DNA of 64,000 bases from the human T2T-CHM13v2.0 reference genome, Homo sapiens: assembly GCF_009914755.1 (NCBI RefSeq), contig NC_060933.1; one strand, written 5' to 3'. This document shows, piece by piece, positions 56,675 through 64,000 of the stretch. How positions within the stretch are numbered: the first letter of the stretch is position 1; each line of letters opens with the position of its first letter. Made by a program: the position numbers and the translations under genes. The notes beneath the pieces are model-generated. The model saw only the letters and a program-made list of their open reading frames with translations. It had not been told where the DNA came from and ran no database searches.

Positions 56675-56676
<2 letters not shown>

Positions 56677-57219
56677 AATCCTCCAAGCTAGAAGTCACTC
56701 AAGCTTCCTGGAATCTAGGTTGTAAGGTACTGAGGCCAATGGCTGCCTCTTTGTCTTTTTTCTATTTTTTCTATTTTTTTTTTTTTAATTTTGTGTTTTG
56801 TTTCTTTCCAGTACTGTGTTGACGAGGAAGATGGCAGCCTCTTTGATATGAGATAGGGCTCATCTGCATGTTACGTGTAGTGGCATGTCACTGCTGCCAC
56901 TGCTCTTCTGCTACCAGGATGGCTTGAATGCAATATAGGCTGTTCCATGTGTGCTTTCCCTCCGTTATGAAACTTCTTCCTGTGGGGTTTGTGAACTAAC
57001 TGCAAGTCTTTCTTTGTTTTAGGGCTGTGGATTCTGTAATTATTACAATTGTGTACTTCCTTAAATTAAGGCTTTCACGTAGTAGTGATCTGCCTTTCCT
57101 TTGACAGTTTTACCTTGATGTTTTATATAATGAAGCAAAACTCAAGGAATATAGAAGGAAGCATAGGGGGAGTAAAGGATAGTCTTAAATGCTGAGCAGT
57201 GGTTACCTCTGTGATCAAA

Positions 57220-57524
57220 TTTATTATTATTATTTTTTGAGACGGCTTTACTCTGTCACCTCGGCTGAGTGCAGTGGCATGATCACGGCCCCTTGTAGCC
57301 CCGACCTCCTGGTTTCAAATGACCCTCCCACCTTAGCCTCCTGAGTAGCTACGACTACAGCCATGTGCCACCTTGCCCGCATAATTTTTTTTAAGTTTTT
57401 TGTAGAGACGAGGTCTTGCCATGGTTCCCTGGCTGTCTGGAACTCCTGGAGTCAAGCAATCCTCCTGCCTCAGCCTCCCAAAGTTTTGGGATTGTAAAGG
57501 ATTTGTGAGGTACTGAGCCTGGCC
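57220..57524 (-). mobile_element. Alu (AluJ-like)
   Basis: (TTA)n tail and both arms. Confidence 0.9.
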
Positions 57525-57778
57525 TCTGATTGAATTTTAACTGATTTTTATTCTTTTTTTTCTTACCTCTGTTATTCAAGTTGGAAACAATTGAATGTGA
57601 TTTCCTGTTAACTACAAAAATATTTATAGTCATTTTTAGAGCATAGATGTTAAGTAGTTAATTTATTTTCTGTAAAGATTTGTAAGTCTTTTGAAGTCAT
57701 TATCATTTGAGGAAAATTATTTTACCAACTTCGCATTTCTCTTTGGATAAAACACCACTTTAAAATTGCACAAATAAG

Positions 57779-58079
<301 letters not shown>

Positions 58080-59002
58080 TTAGTCTGCTGCTATAGAATA
58101 CTTTACTGCATTGTGTAGAAGTGGGAATGGAAGGCCTTCTGTGTCAGAACAACTGAAGTGTTTGTCAAGAATGCAGATTTCTGGGCCTCACTTGAATAAT
58201 CATTAAGCCAGAATCTTTTTTTACAGGGTCCCCAGATGTTTCTCATGCTTGCTAAATTCTGAGATTCACTTTGCTATGCCTTGCTGCCAGGAGATCAGTG
58301 TCAAACTCCAGACAGACTTTTACCTGGATCCTTGCTAATTTTCAGTCATGTCGGGCCTATTTAAATGTAAAAATGTCATAATGTATTCCTTCTGGTTAGC
58401 TTAAATTTATATATCTTAAATGGGTTACATTAGCTTCATAATTTAAAAGATAGATTTTGTCGAATTATGTGTTGGGTTAGGAAATCCTCTTAAATGAAAT
58501 TAAATTATCTGCAAGCAGAGGGTGCTGTTGAATTGGCATCTGAATTTATTATCTTTATTGATTGAACATCCTTGCATTTGAACTTATGCCAGATTCAGAA
58601 GGCCTAGGCAGTGCAGGAAGTGCTTAATATTACAGTGGTAGTTTATCCTTTAATTGTCTGGAAGCTGGGGTGTTAAACTCTGTTCTCCAAATTGCTTTTC
58701 ATTTGCAGGATTTCATGCACATCAGTTCTGGAATGGCACTTCCTTTTAATAGTTTGAGTACATTGTTTAAAAGAGCTGCAGCATGTCTTTTGGTGACTCA
58801 TTAGATTTTGGCTCACATCTTTTTGCTTTCATCACCTAAATTAGGGTATGATCAAATACATGAAAACTGCTGTGTATTTTGGCACTCATTTTCATTGTGA
58901 AAGTTAAATATATAGGTTACTTAGGGATAAAAATTTAACTTGAATATTCTTTCTGTAAATGTCCTCTAAAATCCACCAGCAACACACTTTTTGTCAAGGT
59001 AG

Positions 59003-59005
<3 letters not shown>

Positions 59006-59036
<31 letters not shown>
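59006..59036. repeat. T31 homopolymer
   Basis: Direct reading. Confidence 0.95.
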
Positions 59037-59038
<2 letters not shown>

Positions 59039-62000
59039 CTCTGTGCAACAGGGGAAACAGCACAGCATAGGGAACCATTGATCTTAGGAAGAGCTTGTTA
59101 GTAGATTTCGGCTTGCTTAGGTATTGTTAGGGGAAGGGTTCAAAGAAGAGTGGTTTTGGTTTGGATTGGATGCTGGCAGAATGTGGGGGCAATTGTATGA
59201 TCTGGTATCTTCATTTTAGCTATACAACAAGGGGACTGGAGCAAGCTAAAAGTGTAATTAGCAAAAACATGGGAGTTACTCAAATTAGCTGGAACTAGAG
59301 GTGTTGGGTTATTCCTGTGGTTTGTATAGTGTTCTTATTTTTGCATGTGTTTCAATGATTATGCAGTGATCTTGTTTTTGTCTTGCTCTACATTGTGATC
59401 ATCCAGGGACCTTATGTGATCTCCTTCTCACTCTCTTTCTTGCTCTACACAGCCACAGACATACCTTCCACCTCTTACTCACTGCACGAACCCGTGGACC
59501 CGCACACATACTCACGAAAATGCTCACATGCTCATAAAAATGCTTACACACAAGGAAGCTTGTTTTCTCTCTCATTTTTTCCTTGTTAGTCAATTGATCT
59601 TAGGTAAACAATAATATAACATGAATATAATTTATCTTTTTTCTGTTACCACCAGTTTCATCCTTCCTTTGAAACAATTAACTAAACCAATTTTACCTGT
59701 CACCCTGGTTGTGAAAATGTATATATAAATATTATTTTGGGTAGCATAAATTCAGAGCAATTTGTGGATTATAAAGCATTTAGTCGTAGCATTGATGTAT
59801 TTTTTGTTGATATTTATTTGCCTAAATGTTTGTATCTTGAACTCATGATTAGGGAGAAAGTGTTGTAAGCTTAAATTAATTAATTTTGACAAAATCATCT
59901 TTTAAGTAGGATCTACTTGAGAAAATTAAAGATGGGGCTACTAAATTTATAATCTGAGAATTTATCAAAATAGATGGAATTTACTACTTAGAGATAATAT
60001 TTGTGTGAATTTAACTATATTTTAGATTTTAAATATCATTTAAAACCAGGATTTTACTACATATAGACAATAGTAACTGATTGAGCTTGGCTTTTAATCT
60101 AAGGTACTTATTAATATTTTTCAAGATAGTGGAAATAATCTTAACATGTTAAGGTCTTGAATCTTATGCAAAATGTGTTTTTAATGTTTGCTTAAACTTT
60201 TCCTGGTCATGGAAGGGACTGGGCTGTCTGTACTTAATTCCATAGAAATCAGAAGCAGCACAGTTGGAACTCACAGATTTTATGATATTTTATTTGGTCC
60301 AGATGTCTTTTCTATTGGTATTTTATGGCAAAATTTATACCATTCAAATGAGAATTCAGTTGTGGTAAATGAATGTAAATTTGCATGAATTCCTTGGTAT
60401 GAAAAATTGAATGAGTTATGTCCAGTCACTTCATTTGTCATTAGATGAGAATGATCCTATGGTATTGCTTGTGTAATCAAGGGGGTTAGTGGATCATATG
60501 GATTGGAGATGAAGTAGTTGCAATTGATACTATACATGGAGAGATTTTGACAATCTATATTTAAAGAAATTATGCTTACTGCATTTTCTGACTTCGAAAG
60601 TAAGATATGTAAAGTGGGGTTCTGCTAATATATCAATACCATATTTTAATTTTATTTTTTATTAATTATATAGAGATGTACCTGACACACCTCCGTGACA
60701 TTTTTCTTTACTTTTTGTTCCTACCTATTATTGATCTCCTCTTCACATCGCAGTAATTTTGTAATATTTCTGAAGAGAATATGGCAAGGTGATTCAGTTT
60801 TTGATTTATTTAACATATTTTTGGAGAGCATTACTTATAGTTTTAAAACATTTCTTTTATTGTCACAACTTGGTATTTGTATGCCATGCAGATTTTTAGG
60901 ATTGTTATCCACATTTAGGGTAAATCTCTACCAAGTTTCTGTGATATGTGAGTTGTAATATTTTGAGACTTTTCAAGGTGTTTGTTTATGTGCGTGTGTT
61001 TATGTTGTCTGTGTGCATACACAGTGAATAATATTTGAATATATTGAATATACTCTGAGTTTATAATCAGTATGTCACTCGTGTTCTTTCTATAGTTCAT
61101 TATGAATTTTCTTTTACATTTTTTAATGTCATTTTATGTTCAATCAGCAGAAAACTTGTCTTTTTCACTCTTTAATTGAATTATTAAATAATTCTAAAAC
61201 ATTATTTTTTGTTTCCTTTTTTCTTTTGTTTTTGCCTTTTTATTATTTATAAATTAAAATTTATCTCTAAACTCAAAATAAATGCATCTCACTTCATTTG
61301 CTTCTTGGCCAGATCCCAAATATTCCAGCAGCTCCTCTGATCCCAACTGGTCTAAGTCATAGTGAAGGGAAGGATTATTATGGAAGAGGTCAGGGGGTGT
61401 TTAACAGAATCAAATGAAAATGTCGTACTTTTGTAAATTAACAAAAACAAATATAGCCATGTGAATACATTTCTAGGTCCTTCCCAGTGTAATCTCTGGG
61501 AGGTGTTTACATTCACTTGCGCCAAATTTCTCTGAAGAATGTCACCTTAGAGTTTCTACAACCGTACTTCTGTTCTGATTTTTTGTACTCTAAATAGCTC
61601 TAGATGTGAAAGCTATTTTTTTCTAATTTTATTGGTAAAGAATGGAAATTTTTCAATACATTTATTTACATGAGAAACTGAACATTTCTCATCTTTAGTA
61701 GTCATTTTATGTTTTTAAAATTCTTTCCTTTTTGTCCTTTATATTTCATTTTCCTGTTAGCATTAATGCTTTCTTAATGCCTATAAGAAGAGCTGTTTGT
61801 TTAGATAAGGTTAATCATAACTACCAGTCTTCTTTCTTATTGTCTTTATTCAGCATTTTGTTTTATGCTCAGAAAGGCTTTGTATATTACAATGTTATAG
61901 TCATGGTCATTTAGATTTTTAAAAATTTTATAATTTTTTTCTAAACCCATCTAGTATTGTTTTCATTGTATGGTATGAGGCCGAGACCAACTTAGTTTTC

Positions 62001-62084
62001 CTCTAGGTCCTTGAATTTCAAATTGTTTACTTGAAATTGTTTCAAATAACCTGAATCCAGTTTATCCCTAATCTATTTGTCATT

Positions 62085-62247
62085 TTCTAATATGGCTGTG
62101 CTTTAGAATCATCTAGGGAGTTTTTAATCAGTATTGGGGCCCATCCTGGTGTAAGTCAGAATCTTGGGTGTGTGGCTTGTTCCTTGATTTTTTTTTTTAC
62201 CAGCTTGTTAGGAGATTATAATGTGTATGAAAACTGAGAACCATTGC
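62085..62247. mobile_element. MER5-type hAT-Charlie relic
   Basis: ttagaatcatctagggagttttt...tggggcccatcc...gtcagaatcttggg...tgagaaccattg. Confidence 0.7.
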
Positions 62248-62819
62248 TGTACACTTTTATAACCATTTGCATTTTTGTCTGGGTTTTCATTTCTTTTTTA
62301 TTGGTTTGTCAGTCTCATATATGTCCCTTATTCAAAACAGATATACTTCTCCTTATTCTTCTAAGTGTAATTTGATTTCCTGTTTTTTTCTAGGTGAGAT
62401 GCTGCAGTGTGTGTCACTTTATTCACTTGAATCAGAATTCAGCTTTGTATATTGAATCCCAATTTTTATGGTTACATCTGAAGAGATAATCACCTATTTG
62501 ATATTAACTGTAGAATCAGTCTTTGAAATTTATAATCTGAAGCATTACTAACTGCATTAAAGAACATTAACTGTTTTGTGACTTACACAGTTATTTCTTA
62601 TTAATATGAATAAATTTGCAAAACTACTTGAATCATCCTGCCATTCCTTTGGTGGCATTTGTTAGTTTCAAATAACTCTTAAGCAGAAATGCAGTACCTT
62701 TTCTTATAGTAGATATTTATCTGAACAGTAGGATTTCGTTCTAAATATACGTACTTATAAAAGTGACCTTGTAGAAAGGCAAATAGTATTGACATGGTGA
62801 TGATATGACACTTTCCTCA

Positions 62820-64000
62820 TTTTTTTTTTTTTTTTAGTGTGCTGTTTGCATTTTTTTTTTTTTTAATTGATCATTCTTGGGTGTTTCTCGCAGAGGGGGA
62901 TTTGGCAGGGTCATAGGACAATAGTGGAGGGAAGGTCAGCAGATAAACAAGTGAACAAAGGTCTCTGGTTTTCCTAGGCAGAGGACCCTGCGGCCTTCCG
63001 CAGTGTTTGTGTCCCTGGGTACTTGAGATTAGGGAGTGGTGATGACTCTTAACGAGCATGCTGCCTTCAAGCATCTTTTTAACAAAGCACATCTTGCACC
63101 GCCCTTAATCCATTTAACCCTGAGTGGACACAGCACATGTTTCAGAGAGCACCGGGTTGGGGGTAAGGTCATAGATCAACAGGATCCCAAGGCAGAAGAA
63201 TTTTTCTTAGTACAGAACAAAATGGAGTCTCCTATGTCTACTTCTTTCTACACAGACGCAGCAACAATCTGATTTCTCTATCTTTTCCCCACATTTCCCC
63301 CTTTTCTATTCGACGAAACCGCCATCGTCATCATGGCCCGTTCTCATTGAGCTGTTGGGTACACCTCCCAGACGGGGTGGCGGCCGGGCAGAGGGGCTCC
63401 TTACTTCCCAGAAGGGGCGGCTGGGCAGAGGCGCCCCCCATCTCCCGGACGGGGCGGCTGGCCGGGTGGAGACGCTCCTCACTTCCCAGACGGGGCGGCT
63501 GCTGGGCGGAGGGGCTCCTCACTTCTTAGACGGGGTGGCTGCCGGGCGGAGGGGCTCCTCACTTCTCAGACGGGGCGGCCGGGCAGAGACGCTCCTCACC
63601 TCCCAGACGGGGTTGCGGCCGGGCAGAGGCGCTCCTCACATCCCAGATGATGGGTGGCCGGGCAGAGACGCTCCTCATTTCCTAGACGGGATGGCGGCCG
63701 GGAAGAGGCGCTCCTCACTTCCCAGACTGGGCAGAGGGGCTCCTCACATCCCAGACGATGAGTGGCCAGGCAGAGACGTTCCTCACTTCCCAGACGGGGT
63801 GGCGGCTGGGCAGAGGCTGTAATCTCGGCACTTTGGGAGGCCAAGGCAGGCGGCTGGGAGGTGGAGGTTGTAGCGAGCCAAGATCACGCCACTGCCCTCC
63901 AGCCTGGGCACCATTGAGCACTGAGTGAACGAGACTCCATCTGCAATCCCGGCACCTCGGGAGGCCGAGGCTGGCAGATCACTCGCGGTTAGGAGCTGGA
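62820..64000 (-). mobile_element. SVA retrotransposon (older SVA_B/C-like), antisense to KDM4C, 5' end beyond the window
   Basis: Poly-T, SINE-R (~62865-63360, gatcattcttgggtgtttctcgcagagg...), GC-rich VNTR (~63361-63815, ctcctcacttcccagacgggg units) and Alu-like domain (63816-64000). Confidence 0.97.

Noticed and set aside
58509-58530. CTCF-like motif gcaagcagagggtgctg (similar motifs at ~22271 and ~44521)
   Set aside because: Each has 1-2 mismatches at core positions, which is expected by chance in 64 kb; ChIP data would be needed.
59040-59420. Possible ancient LTR fragment
   Set aside because: Similarity is too weak to assign a family by eye.
63361-63815. Regular ~40-bp GC-rich repeats resembling a CRISPR array or CpG-island promoter
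   Set aside because: This is the SVA VNTR: tandem degenerate units with no unique spacers, in a eukaryotic context.

Overview
Hominoid (human or great-ape) genomic DNA lying entirely inside the + strand gene KDM4C (JMJD2C, a JmjC H3K9me3/H3K36me3 demethylase). Only two real coding exons are present: 2565-2668 ([17 protein letters not shown]...PFDK) and 7398-7535 (ITQEAGEF...[18 protein letters not shown]...KVAKL). They correspond to exons 7 and 8 of the canonical transcript; exon and residue numbering is from memory of the human protein. The window after 7535 (about 56 kb) is part of one very long intron. It is filled with Alu, L1, L2, MIR, LTR and hAT-Charlie relics and microsatellites, plus an antisense SVA that runs off the right edge. 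All other ORF-track entries look spurious. I see no new multi-gene system. The most interesting signals are: (i) a near-perfect 103-105 bp non-Alu inverted repeat; (ii) a MER1A copy with a new fold-back hairpin; (iii) a CpG-retaining candidate internal promoter and several candidate terminal or cryptic exons in the intron that separates the JmjC core from its last two Zn ligands and the reader domains; (iv) UG-repeat-flanked, TDP-43-type cryptic exon candidates; (v) small TSD-flanked insertions and an SVA with a doubled poly(A). Repeat subfamily names were assigned by eye, and boundaries of old repeats are approximate.
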